A DNA stretch of 64,000 nt from Hemiscyllium ocellatum (lineage: Eukaryota): NCBI RefSeq assembly GCF_020745735.1, contig NW_026868161.1:1-64000 (forward strand), read 5' to 3'. The position numbers were made by a program, and so were the translations under genes. Below, piece by piece: positions 47,101-59,350 of the stretch. Below the pieces are notes generated by a model that worked only from the letters and a program-made list of their open reading frames with translations, was not told the DNA's origin and did not search any database. Every line of letters begins with the position of its first letter. The stretch's first letter is position 1.

Positions 47101-50100
47101 TCTTTGTTACTTCTTCAAAAAACTCAATCGTTTATGAGACATGATTACCCACACACAAAGCCATGTTGACTCTCCCGAATCAGTCCTTGCCTTTCCAAAT
47201 ACACGTACACCCTGCCCCTCAGGATTCCCTCCAACTTGCCCATCACCGAGATCAGGCTCACTGGTCTATAGTTCCCTGGCTTGTCCTTACCGCCCTTCTT
47301 AAACAGTGGCACCACGTTTGCCAACCTCCAGTCTTCCAGTACCTCACCTGTGACTATCGATGATACAAATATCTCAGCAAGAGGCCCAGCAATCACTTCT
47401 CTAGCTTCCCACAGAGTTCTCGGGTACACCTGATCAGGTCCTGTGGATTTATCCACCTTTACCCATTTCAAGACATCCAGCACTTCCTCCTCTGTAATCT
47501 GGACATTTTGCAAGACATCACCATTTATTTCCTGACATTCTATACCTTCCATATCCTTTTCCACAGTAAATACTGATGCAAAATCCTCTTTAATATCTCC
47601 CCCATTTTCTGCGACTCCACACAAAGGCCGCCTTGCTGATCTCTGAGGGGCCCTATTCTCTCCCTAGTTACCCTGTTGTCCTTAATATATTTGTGAAAAC
47701 CCTTTGGATTCTCCTTAACTCTATTTGCCAAAGCCATCCCATGTCCCCTTTTTGCCCTCCTGATTTCCCCCTTAAGTATACTCCTACTGCCTTTATACAA
47801 TTCTTGTACATACCTAACAAATTCCTCTCCATCTAAACACCATGACAGTCCCAGTCTATGTCTGGAAAGTTAAAATCCCCGACCATAACCACCCTATTAT
47901 TCTTACAGAGAGCTGAGATCTCCTTACAAATTTGTTTCTCAATTTCCCTCTGATTATTAGGGGGTCTATGATACAATCCCAATAAGGTGATCACTCCTTA
48001 CTTAGTTCTCAGTTCCACCCAAATAACTTCCCTGGATTTATTCCCAGGAATATCCTCCCTCAGCACAGCTGTGATGCTATCCCAACACCACTCGCCCTTT
48101 CTCTCCTTCCTGTAGCATTAGTATCCTCCCGGGCAGCTCCAGCAAATCTCCCGGCCAGTATATTAGTCCCCTTCCAATTCAGGTGCAATCCGGCCTTCTT
48201 GTACAGGGCACTGCTACCCCAAAAGGGATTCCAACGATCCAAACATGTGAATCCTTCTCCCATACACCCGCTCCTCAGCCACGCATTCATCAGCTCTATC
48301 CTCCTATTCCTGTCCTCACTAGCTCGGAGCACCGGGAGACAGACAGTGAGGGGGAACGGGACAGATACAGAGAGACACCACCCCACTGCAGTTTGGTTTT
48401 ACACAGTAACAGGAGGCCATTCAGCCCGTCCCCTTCTTTGAGCCTGTTACACAGTAACAGGAGGCCATTCAGCCCCTCTTCAGTCTGTTACACCCGTGAA
48501 GTAGTATCTGATCTGAGAGCTGACCTCCATCTCCCCAGCTTCACCCCTTCCCGAACCCCTGCCCCAGAATTCCTTTAGAAAGCAGGGACTGATCTGTCTT
48601 CTAGAGTTACTCCTTTCCATCCACCCTGAAATCTCCGAACAACTGACTGGGTCAGCCCGTGGTTCTTCCCAATCCTGGGGAAATGGAGATTCTGCCGTAT
48701 GTGCGGGGTCACCCTGGTGATGTAACCCCCGGGGCAGGGAGGTGGGGGGGGAGGAGGAGCACTCTGCTCTCCCGCGCCAGGCTGACTGCCATTTCCCGGG
48801 GAGGGGGAATCCAGGGGGCCGCTCCTATTAACCTCTCCCCACGCCGTTCGCTCACCTTGACGTAGTCAGCGTGGCCCGGGCAGTCAGTGTGAGCGTAGTG
48901 CCGGTTGGGGGTGGTGTATTCCACGTGAGACGCGTTGATGGTGATCCCCCGGGCTTTCTCCTCGGGGGCGTTGTCAATGTCCTCATACTTTTTAAACTTG
49001 GCCCCCCCGGCCTCGGCGAGAACTACACAGGGGAAGAGGGGGAGGGCAACACGTTTAGAGTCGCACAGCGTGGAAACAGACCCTTCGGCCCGACCAATCT
49101 ATGCCAACCAGTTATCCCGAACTGAAAAGTCGTTCTACCCAGCCAATGTCCCTCCAAAGCTTTCCTCTTCGCATCCTTATCCGAAACGTCTTTCAAATGT
49201 TCTAACTGTATCGCATCCCCCACTTCCTCAGGAAGTGCATTCCACACATGAACCACTTCTGTCTTTTTCAAAACTCCCCCCTCTCATAAAACTGTGCCCT
49301 CTAGTCTTGAGATACCCCCCCACCCCAGGGAAAAGACAGCTACCATTAACTCTAGGTCACCTGCCAACCTCCTATGTTCCAGTGAGAAAACTCCCAGCCT
49401 TGCTTTATAACTCAATCCTTCCGTACACCCGGCAACATCCTGGAAAACCTGTTCTGAACCCTCTCCAGCTTCATGCTGTCCTTGCTGTAACTGTCAAAGA
49501 GTGTGGTGCTGGAAAAGCACAGCCGGTCAGGCAGCGTCTGTGGAGCAGGAACGTCGACTCTCCTGCTCCTCGGATGCTGCCTGACCTGACCGGCTGTGCT
49601 TTTCCAGCACCACACTCTTCCCCTCTGAGCTCCAGCACCTCACTATCTCCTTCCTATAACTGGGCAACCAGAACTGCACACAGTATTCCAGGAGAGGTCT
49701 GATCAGCATCGTGTACAACCTCAACATAACGTTCCAAACTGCTACACTCAAAGGTTGGAGTGCTAAACGTCTTCTTAACCACCCAGTTTACCTCTGACGC
49801 GTACTTCAAAGAACGTTGTACCTGAAGCCCCACACCTGTCTGTTTTGCAACACTACCCAGGGCCCTGGGCCTGGCACTAATTGTATAAGTCATGCCCTTA
49901 ACCGTTTTACAGAAATGCAACTCCTCACGTTTATCCAAATTAAATTCCATCTGCCATTTTTCAGCCCATTGATCAAGATCCCTTTGTCATCTTAGCTAAC
50001 CTTCTTCCCTGTCCACCAGCCTTGGGGTTTATTCAACACGCCTCTTATATTCTCATCCAAATCACTGATATAAATGACAAACAAAAGGGAGCGCAGGACC

Positions 50101-53100
50101 AATTCCTGTGGAACACTGCTGGTCACAGGCCTCCAGTCTGAAAAACAACCCTCCACCTCCACCCTCTTGTCTCCGACCGTTAAGCTCATTCTGTCCAGCT
50201 CCCCTTGTGATCCAACTTCACTAACTAATCCACCGTGCAGAACCTGGTCAACTCCACTCTCCTGCCTTCTCTGCTATCCCCCTCGATTGAGGATTAAGAA
50301 TCTGCCCGTATCTCTCTCTCTCCCCCCTCAGCCTGGAATATAGTGAATGTCACAGCTTTGAGAGCCCGCGGCAGTGAAAGGTTCCCCCACTCTCTCCCTC
50401 ACGAACCCCCCCCCCCCGCTTGTTCCGCTCTACCTTTGGTGATGGCTGCTGTCAGTGTGGTTTTGCCGTGGTCCACGTGGCCGATGGTGCCGATGTTCAT
50501 GTGGGGTTTCTCTCTCTGGTAGGTCTTCTTGGCCTCAGCAGCGAGATTCCGGGACAGGACAGGAGCCAGCAGGACGCACTGGGGGAGCCGGGGGGGCTGG
50601 AACCGAACAGGGACAGTGCAAATCCTCAGAGCAAGACACACAGTAAAACTTCCTCGGCACCGTCTTCCATCAACCCCTCCCAGGACAGGGATAACATGGG
50701 TTAGATACAGAGTAAAGCTCCCTCTACACTGTTCCTCCAGTTTCCTCATTTCCACTCCACCCTTACCCCAGCTCCAACCTTCCAGCTCAGCACCGTCCTC
50801 ATGACCTGTCCCTACTGTCAATCTTCCTTCCCACCTATCTGCTCCACCACCCCCCCCATCATCATTACCACCATCTCCATCCACCTATGGCACTCTCAGC
50901 TACTGTCCCCCACTCCCCTCCCTCCCATTTATCTCTGCACCATTTAGGATGCAAGCCTCATTCGTGATGAAGGGCTTTTGTCGAATCCGTCGATTTTCCT
51001 GCTCCTCGGACGCGGACTGACCTGCTGTGCTTTTTCAGCACCACTCTACTCCTCCTCTACACTGTGCCTCCCTCAAACACTCCCGGGACAGGGACTGTGT
51101 GGGGTTAGATAATGAGTAAACATCCCCCTAACTGTCCCCCATCAAACACTCCCGGGACAGGGACAGTGTGGGATTAGATACTGAAAAAACATCCCCCTAA
51201 CTGTCCCCCCTCAAACACTCCCGGGACAGGGACAGTGTGGGATTAGATACTGAAAAAACATCCCCCTAACTGTCCCCCCTCAAACACTCCCGGGACAGGG
51301 ACAGTGTGGGGTTAGATACTGAGTAAACATCCCCCTAACTGTCCCCCATCAAACACTCCCGGGACAGGGACAGTGTGGGGTTAGATACTGAGTAAACATC
51401 CCCCTAACTGTCCCCCATCAAACACTCCCGGGACAGGGACAGTGTGGGGTTAGATACTGAGTAAACATCCCCCTAACTGTCCCCCCTCAAACACTCCCGG
51501 GACAGGGACAGTGTGGGGTTAGATACTGAGTAAACATCCCCCTAACTGTCCCCCATCAAACACTCCCGGGACAGGGACAGTGTGGGGTTAGATACTGAGT
51601 AAACATCCCCCTAACTGTCCCCCCTCAAACACTCCCAGGACAGGGACAGCGTGGGGTTAGATACTGAGTAAACATCCCCCTAACTGTTCCCCATCAAACA
51701 CACCCAGGACAGGGAGAACATGGGGTTAGAGACAGAGTAAAGCTCCCTCTACATGCCCCCCCCCCATGAAACTCTCCCAGGCGGGGACAGCACAGGGTTA
51801 GATTCCTGTGGGATTGAATACTCACTGCTCGGATGGTCAGTAAGCTCCGGATACAGTTCTTCGGAACTGGAAAACACACAGAAGAGTTAACGTGGTAACA
51901 GTTGGAGCTCAGACCCCAGCCCGATCTCTCTCCAAGTCACTGCCCGCTCGCTCTGACATCAGCACCTCCCCCGCCGAAACTAAACACCCCTCCATCCCTG
52001 GCTGACAGTGTGCTATACTCGTCCCATCTTTATCCACCACCTCACTGAACTCCATCCCACCTAGTCTTTCCCCCTCTGCATCCCTCAATCGCTGCCCCTC
52101 TCCCTAACTCTCACAACTCTCCCTTTCACTCTGATTCACCTCCTCAAACTCTTGACCTAACCATCTCTCTGCCTATACCCCATCCTGAACACTTCCAACT
52201 GTTTCTCTCTATCCTCACCCCGTGTCGATTATAAAATCCATATGGTGCGGAAAGAGACCCTTCAGCTCACTGAAGATGCACCGAGCCTCCAAAGAGCATC
52301 GCACTGAGATCTAGTCACCTATCGCTGTAACCCTGCATTTCCCCACGGCCAATCCCGCCCTAACCAGCACATCCCTGGGCACTACGGGACAATTTCCCCA
52401 CGGCCAATCCCACCCTAATCTGCACATCCCTGGGCACTACGGGACAATTTCCCCACGGCCAATCCCACCCTAATCTGCACATCCCTGGGCACTACGGGAC
52501 AATTTCCCCACGGCCGATCCCACCCTAACCTGTACATCCCTGGGCACTACGGGACAATTTCCCCACGGCCAATCCCACCCTAACCTGCACATCCCTGGGC
52601 ACTACGGGACAATTTCCCCACGGCCAATCCACCCTAACCAGCACATCCCTGGGCACTACGGGACAATATCCCCACGGCCGATCCCATCCTAATCTGCACA
52701 TCCCTGGGCACTACGGGACAATTTCCCCACGGCCAATCCACCCTAACCTGCACATCCCTGGGCACTACGGGACAATTTCCCCACGGCCGATCCCATCCTA
52801 ATCTGCACATCCCTGGGCACTACGGGACAATATCCCCACGGCCGATCCACCCTAACCTGTACATACCTGGGCACTATGGGGACAATTTCCCCACAGCCGA
52901 TCCACCCTAACCTGTACATCCCTGGGCTCTATGGGGACAATTTCCCCACAGCCGATCCACCCTAACCTGTACATCCCTGGGCACTATGGGGACAATTTCC
53001 CCACGGCCAACCCCACCCTAACCTGTACATCCCTGGGCACTACGGGACAATATCCCCACGGCCGATCCCACCCTAACCTGTACATCCCTGGGCACTATGG

Positions 53101-56100
53101 GGACAATTTCCCCACGGCCAACCCCACCCTAACCTGTACATCCCTGGGCACTACGGGACAATATCCCCACGGCCGATCCACCCTAACCCGTACATCCCTG
53201 GGCACTATGGGGACAATTTCCCCACGGCCGATCCACCCTAACCCGTACATCCCTGGGCACTATGGGGACAATTTCCCCTCAGCCGATCCACCCTAACCTG
53301 TACATCCCTGGGCACTATGGGGACAATTTCCCCACGGCCGATCCACCCTAACCTGTACATCCCTGGGCACTATGGGGACAATTTCCCCTCAGCCGATCCA
53401 CCCTAACCTGTACATCCCTGGGCACTATGGGGACAATTTCCCCACAGCCGATCCACCCTAACCTGTACATCCCTGGGCACTATGGGGACAATTTAACTTA
53501 ACTCATTCACCCTAACCTGCACATTCTTGGACAATACGGGACAATTAGGCACAGCCAAGCACCTTAACTTGCATATGTTGGTGACTGTGGGAGGAAACCA
53601 GAGCAGCCGCAGGAAATCTGTGCGTATGCTGGTCAGAACGTGCCAACTCCACACAGACTGAATGCAATTGAATCGGGGTCCCTGATGCTGAGGCAGCAGC
53701 ACCAACCACTTAGCCACCACACATCTCTGTCATGCTCTCCCTCATTCTCTCTTCCTGCCTGTCTTGCTGTCTCCCATGCATGCACGCGCTCTCTCTCTCA
53801 CTCACAGCATCTTTCATGCCCTGTCTGCCCCTCTCATATACACATTCTCTCTCCCCAACTGTCTCCCTCGGGTCTCTCACACTCTCTGCATCCCTACCCA
53901 CACTCTCCCTCCCTCACCATCTCTCTCTCTCTATCCTGGTTTCCTTCAGTCTCTCTCAGTCTCCCGCACTCACGCTCACCCGTCTCACTCACTGTACCTG
54001 ACACAATCTCTCTCTCTCCCTCACTACCTCTCCCATTGTCCCTCTATTTCGCCCCCTCCTCTCTATAACACATATCCAAAATATAATAATTGATACACCC
54101 CTTTTCTATAATATATGTTCATAATAAACGGCTGAGAGATGCCGACCTCCAAATGAACACGTATCTATAATATATCAGTCTAAGAAACGCCCCCCTCCCA
54201 TCGATCCCTTTATAATACGTATCTATAACACAGTACCAGTCTAAGAGACGCCTCTCCCTCCGCTCCCCCATCTCTATAATATATATCTATAACACAGTAT
54301 CAGTCTGAGAGACATCACCCCTCCCCATCTCTATAATATATATCTATAACACAGTATCAGTCTGAGAGACATCTCCCCTCCCCCATCTCTATAATATATA
54401 TCTATAACACAGTATCAGTCTGAGAGACATCTCCCCTCCCCCATCTCTATAATATATATCTATAACACAGTACCAGTCTGAGAGACATCTCCCCTCCCCC
54501 ATCTCTATAATATATATCTATAACACAGTATCAGTCTGAGAGACATCTCCCCTCCCCCATCTCTATAATATATATCTATAACACAGTTTCAGTCTGAGAG
54601 ACATCTCCCCTCCCCCATCTCTATAATATATATCTATAACACAGTATCAGTCTGAGAGACATCTCCCCTCCCCCATCTCTATAATATATACCTATAACAC
54701 AGTATCAGTCTGAGAGACATCTCCCCTCCCCCATCTCTATAATATATATCTATAACACAGTATCAGTCTGAGAGACATCTCCCCTCCCCATCTCTATAAT
54801 ATATATCTATAACACATTCTCAGTCTGAGAGACATCTCCCCTCCCCCATCTCTATAATATATATCTATAACACAGTATCAGTCTGAGAGACATCTCCCCT
54901 CCCCCATCTCTATAATATATATCTATAACACAGAATCAGTCTGAGAGACATCCCCCTCCCCTCCCCATCTCTATAATATATATCTATAACACAGTATCAG
55001 TCTGAGAGACATCTCCCCACCCCCATCTCTACAATATATATCTATAACACAGTATCAGTCTGAGAGACATCTCCCCACCCCCATCTCTACAATATATATC
55101 TATAACACAGTATCAGTCTGAGAGACATCTCCCCTCCCCATCTCTATAATATATATCTATAACACATTCTCAGTCTGAGACATCTCCCCTCCCCATCTCT
55201 ATAATATATATCTATAACACAGTATCAGTCTGAGAGACATCTCCCCACCCCCATCTCTACAATATATATCTATAACACAGTATCAGTCTGAGAGACATCT
55301 CCCCACCCCCATCTCTACAATATATATCTATAACACAGTATCAGTCTGAGAGACATCTCCCCTCCCCATCTCTATAATATATATCTATAACACATTCTCA
55401 GTCTGAGACATCTCCCCTCCCCATCTCTATAATATATATCTATAACACAGTATCAGTCTGAGAGACATCTCCCCACCCCCATCTCTACAATATATATCTA
55501 TAACACAGTACCAGTCTGAGAGACATCTCCCCACCCCCATCTCTACAATATATATCTATAACACAGTATCAGTCTGAGACATCTCCCCTCCCCCATCTCT
55601 ATAATATATATCTATAACACAGTATCAGTCTGAGAGACATCTCCCCTCCCCCATCTCTATAATATATATCTATAACACAGTATCAGTCTGAGAGACATCT
55701 CCCCTCCCCCATCTCTATAATATATATCTATAACACAGTATCAGTCTGAGAGACATCTCCCCTCCCCCATCTCTATAATATATATCTATAACACATTCTC
55801 AGTCTGAGAGACATCTCCCCTCCCCCATCTCTATAATATATATCTATAACACATTCTCAGTCTGAGAGACATCTCCCCTCCCCCATCTCTATAATATATA
55901 TCTATAACACAGTATCAGTCTGAGAGACATCTCCCCTCCCCCATCTCTATAATATATATCTATAACACAGTATCAGTCTGAGAGACATCTCCCATCCCCC
56001 ATCTCTATAATATATATCTATAACACAGTATCAGTCTGAGAGACATCTCCCATCCCCCATCTCTATAATATATATCTATAACACAGTATCAGTCTGAGAG

Positions 56101-57289
56101 ACATCTCCCATCCCCCATCTCTATAATATATATCTATAACACAGTATCAGTCTGAGAGACATCTCCCCTCCCCCATCTCTATAATATATATCTATAACAC
56201 AGTATCAGTCTGAGAGACATCCCCCTCCCCTCCCCATCTCTATAATATATCTATAACACAGTATCAGTCTGAGAGACATCTCCCCACCCCCATCTCTACA
56301 ATATATATCTATAACACAGTAGCAGTCTGAGAGACATCTCCCCACCCCCATCTCTACAATATATATCTATAACACAGTATCAGTCTGAGAGACATCTCCC
56401 CACCCCCATCTCTACAATATATATCTATAACACAGTATCAGTCTGAGAGACATCTCCCCACCCCCATCTCTACAATATATATCTATAACACAGTATCAGT
56501 CTGAGAGACATCTCCCCTCCCCCATCTCTATAATATATATCTATAACACAGTATCAGTCTGAGACATCTCCCCTCCCCCATCTCTATAATATATATCTAT
56601 AACACAGTATCAGTCTGAGAGACATCTCCCCTCCCCCATCTCTATAATATATATCTATAACACATTCTCAGTCTGAGAGACATCTCCCCTCCCCCATCTC
56701 TATAATATATATCTATAACACATTCTCAGTCTGAGAGACATCTCCCCTCCCCCATCTCTATAATATATATCTATAACACAGTATCAGTCTGAGAGACATC
56801 TCCCCTCCCCCATCTCTATAATATATATCTATAACACAGTATCAGTCTGAGAGACATCTCCCATCCCCCATCTCTATAATATATATCTATAACACAGTAT
56901 CAGTCTGAGAGACATCTCCCATCCCCCATCTCTATAATATATATCTATAACACAGTATCAGTCTGAGAGACATCTCCCCTCCCCCATCTCTATAATATAT
57001 ATCTATAACACAGTCTCAGTCTGAGAGACATCTCCCCTCCCCCATCTCTATAATATATATCTATAACACAGTATCAGTCTGAGAGACATCTCCCCTCCCC
57101 CATCTCTATAATATATATCTATAACACAGTCTCAGTCTGAGAGACATCTCCCCTCCCCCATCTCTATAATATATATCTATAACACAGTATCAGTGAGACA
57201 CATCCCCCTCCCTGTATAATATAGTCTCTCTCTATAACATAATGTGCCTCTCAGAGACAACCTCCTGTGCCCACTCTGAGCGCCGCCAT
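41113..57289 (-). CDS. TUFM: Mitochondrial elongation factor Tu (~449 aa). Exons 5'->3': 57289-57262 (or 57643-57616), 51866-51826, 50596-50434, 49022-48856, 45649-45545, 44946-44782, 43553-43421, 43101-42997, 42316-42165, 42003-41884, 41283-41113
   Basis: [10 protein letters not shown]-loop, [50 protein letters not shown]-terminal WG*. All introns are GT-AG and phase-compatible, summing to 1350 nt. The N-terminus [27 protein letters not shown]... looks like a mitochondrial presequence. The first two exons and the exon 3 acceptor are less certain than the rest. Confidence 0.95.
41357..41715. repeat. 46-bp minisatellite in the last TUFM intron
   Basis: (GTGTAACAGGCTGGAGGGAGAGGGGCTGAACGGCCTC[C/G]TGTCCCT)n, about 7.5 units. 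Confidence 0.92.
42357..42968. repeat. 33-bp GC-rich minisatellite family; also 44983-45411 and 59483-59832 (inverted), 61461-62025 and 63781-64000
   Basis: (GAGGGAGCCCCGCACTGTGGGAGGGTC[A/G]GCGCC)n. Confidence 0.95.
43860..44680 (-). mobile_element. Degenerate LINE fragment ending in three tandem ~88-bp units
   Basis: Minus-strand translation [25 protein letters not shown], which resembles LINE ORF2, runs into the same unit amplified in SULT intron 6. Confidence 0.6.
45895..48330 (-). mobile_element. CR1 LINE, internally deleted: ORF1 esterase remnant, endonuclease remnant, RT and 3' tail
   Basis: NAWLR...DRWNPFWG...[13 protein letters not shown] (SGNH-type ORF1); [10 protein letters not shown]; PGNYRPVSL; [16 protein letters not shown]; [11 protein letters not shown]; multiple frameshifts. 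Confidence 0.92.
49050..50250 (-). mobile_element. Older CR1 LINE 3' fragment
   Basis: [52 protein letters not shown]. Confidence 0.85.
49497..49619. repeat. 123-bp fold-back element nested in the CR1
   Basis: Perfect 35-bp inverted repeat (49497-49531 and 49585-49619) with further imperfect pairing inside; the arm sequence matches 50990-51048. Confidence 0.85.
50733..51053 (+). mobile_element. 3' end of a second probable Penelope-like family with a decayed hammerhead
   Basis: Flanked by a 12-bp duplication CCTCTACACTGT (50721-50732 and 51054-51065); contains GTGATGA-A-GGGC-TTTT-GTC-GAATCC-GTC. The family assignment is from recollection of shark repeats. Confidence 0.55.
51060..51800. repeat. 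~68-bp minisatellite, same family as SULT intron 4
   Basis: (CAAACACTCCCGGGACAGGGACAGTGTGGGGTTAGATACTGAGTAAACATCCCCCTAACTGTCCCCC[A/C]T)n. Confidence 0.93.
52240..53720 (-). mobile_element. tRNA-derived HE1/V-SINE-like element with an internal ~54-bp unit amplified about 22 times (52340-53530)
   Basis: Minus-strand head GTGGCTAAGTGGTT...GGGACCCCGATTCAATT (A/B-box-like), GGTTTCCTCCCACAGTC core, and a CR1-like tail at 52240-52335. Confidence 0.7.
54190..57200. repeat. ~58-59-bp satellite array, about 50 units, in TUFM intron 1
   Basis: (ATCTCTATAATATATATCTATAACACAGTATCAGTCTGAGAGACATCTCCCCTCCCCC)n. Confidence 0.97.
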
Positions 57290-59190
57290 CTTGAGTGACT
57301 GTCCTCTGGTCCCCGGAACTGACGTCACCCCGCCTGTTATGTCACCGCGCACGCCGGTCCACTCTCTGCCGTCATTGGACGAGCCCTGCCCCGCAATGAC
57401 GTCGGTTCCGGTCGCCGTGAACCGCCCCCGCAGGCGTGCCCCGCAATGACGTCATCGACAGCCGTTTCCACCGACTGAACATGTTGCGGTTCAACCCCCC
57501 ACCCCCCGTCCTCTCACTTCTCCCTCCCACTCGATATGTGTCAAATGTAAGACCGGTGTGAGAGACCTGCCCTTCCCCTGTCATATCTAACAAAATTATC
57601 GGTCTGAGCGTCAACCTGCTGTGCCCGCTCTCAGCGCCGCCATCGCCCGCGCCGCGGCTCGTGACCTCACCGCGCTCCCACCCCACACACGTCACCACGC
57701 TCGCACCCCGTCCGATCCCATTGGCCCGTGCTCGCCCCGCCCCGCCCTCAGGCGTTCTGCCCCGCAGTGACGTGCCCAACCTGGGCCGGGCCCCGTCCCT
57801 CGACGCGCCCCGCAATGACGTCCGCCGCCCTGCGTGAAAGGGCGGGAGGGAGTTTCCAGGGGCAGTCGGGCTCGCTCGCGCTCCGCTCGCGCTCCAACGG
57901 TCGCTCCGGCCCCGCCCCCCTTCCCCCAACCGTCGCTTGGGCTCCGCCCCCTTGTCACCTCAATCCCTCCATGAGCAACCTTTGCCCTCTCCCCTCACCA
58001 ATGGTCCTGAGGCCAACTCCAGAGTATTTATGTCAGTGGAGGGACTCAAAGATGGATAAAAAAAGGGGGTTGGGGTTTAGTTAGGGCTGCCTAAGGGTGC
58101 TCACCACCGCCCCCCCCCGCCCCAAATCCCCCAGTTGGCTTGCCGGGTTGGCGGTGGCCACCATGATTCCGTGACCGAGGCGCACCGTCGTCCTGTGGCT
58201 GTGCCCGTCCGACCGCTCCCCCTTCCCGTCACCCAACGCCCACACCTCTCCGGGTCACCGCCAACCCCTCTCCTCTCCATCCGACGCCCACACGCCCTCC
58301 CTTCGTCACGCCCGGCTCCTATCGCAGGCGATGGGTGCCGCCCAGTGGTAGTCTAAGCCCCCCCCCTTTCCCATTCCCCACACCCGGCAATAAGTTGGAG
58401 GGGGCACAACGAGACCAATCAGCCCGTCGGGGCCGGTCCGCCGCTCGGCTGCGGCTGGTCCGTCTCCTTGTAACCTTTGACCCCCATGCCAAGGATACAG
58501 CCCAGTCCCCGGCGGCCATCTTCCCCTCCCCACCCCAGCCCAAGATGGGGGGGCGACCGAAAGGGGGGGAGACGGAGCCGCCAAAAACACAGCGGGGTTG
58601 GGGAGGAAGAAAGATGTCCCCCTTCAGCCCGACCATTTCGAGTGGGATCGTTCGCCCCCCCCCCCACCCAACTTCCATTCCTCCTCCCGCCTTGGCGCTT
58701 TCCCCATCTGTGCCCTCGGCTCGTTTCCGGAAGGTTCCCCGGCGTCCGTCCGTCCGTCCGCCTGCAGATCCCACCCCCAACCTGACTTGCCCTTCCCTTC
58801 GCCGACGCTCCCAGCCCCCTCCAAGCAGCTTTCCCCGTTACGAATCCTGGCTCTCCACCTCGTTTCGTTTCCGCGGGATCTCCCTGTGCGTCCTCGGCGA
58901 GCCGAGGGATCAAGCCCCTGGCTCTCAGTCCGAAACGGAACGGACGAAACTGCCCCAACCCCACCAAACCCCTCTGCCCAACCTCTCGTTCTGGAAACAC
59001 AACTCCCCCCCCCCACCACTACCAATACCCCACCCCCCACCAAAACCCCGCCATGGAGTAATATCTGCCCCGCCACCAGTCGCTCTTGGAAATTCCAGGG
59101 AGAACGGGCAACGCCGTCGCTCCCAAGGGGACGAGTTGGCGATCCTGGGGGGGGGTCAATCGGAACGAAATTTGCTGTGTCCCCTCTTGG
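57260..59190. promoter_or_regulatory. CpG-rich promoter region of TUFM, probably bidirectional
   Basis: High CpG density; TGACGTCA at 57320-57327 and 57447-57454; TGACGTC at 57397 and 57816; CCAAT/ATTGG boxes near 57374, 57720 and 58415; GC boxes; YY1-like GCCATCTT near 57285 and 58515. Confidence 0.8.
57616..57643 (-). CDS. TUFM: Duplicated alternative first coding exon of TUFM (MAALRAGTA)
   Basis: ATGGCGGCGCTGAGAGCGGGCACAGCAG|gttgac versus ATGGCGGCGCTCAGAGTGGGCACAGGAG|gttgtc; both are 28 nt and phase 1. Confidence 0.7.
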
Positions 59191-59350
59191 GTGAGTATAC
59201 CTTCGTTGGAGGCAAATGGGCTAAATGTTCCCACGATCCTCCAGATGTGGTTGCGCCAAGGTGCTCTACAATTGCAGGAAGCTTTCCTTCCTTGGTAAGT
59301 GCCCTAACCTCTCTCAGTGTATGCTCTCCTAATCGCCTGTTTTCTTTCAG

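Noticed and set aside
41113-50596. Bacterial tufA contamination or horizontal transfer
   Set aside because: Spliceosomal introns and a mitochondrial presequence identify nuclear TUFM
54190-57200. CRISPR-like regular array
   Set aside because: Units are contiguous with no unique spacers, the context is eukaryotic and there are no cas genes
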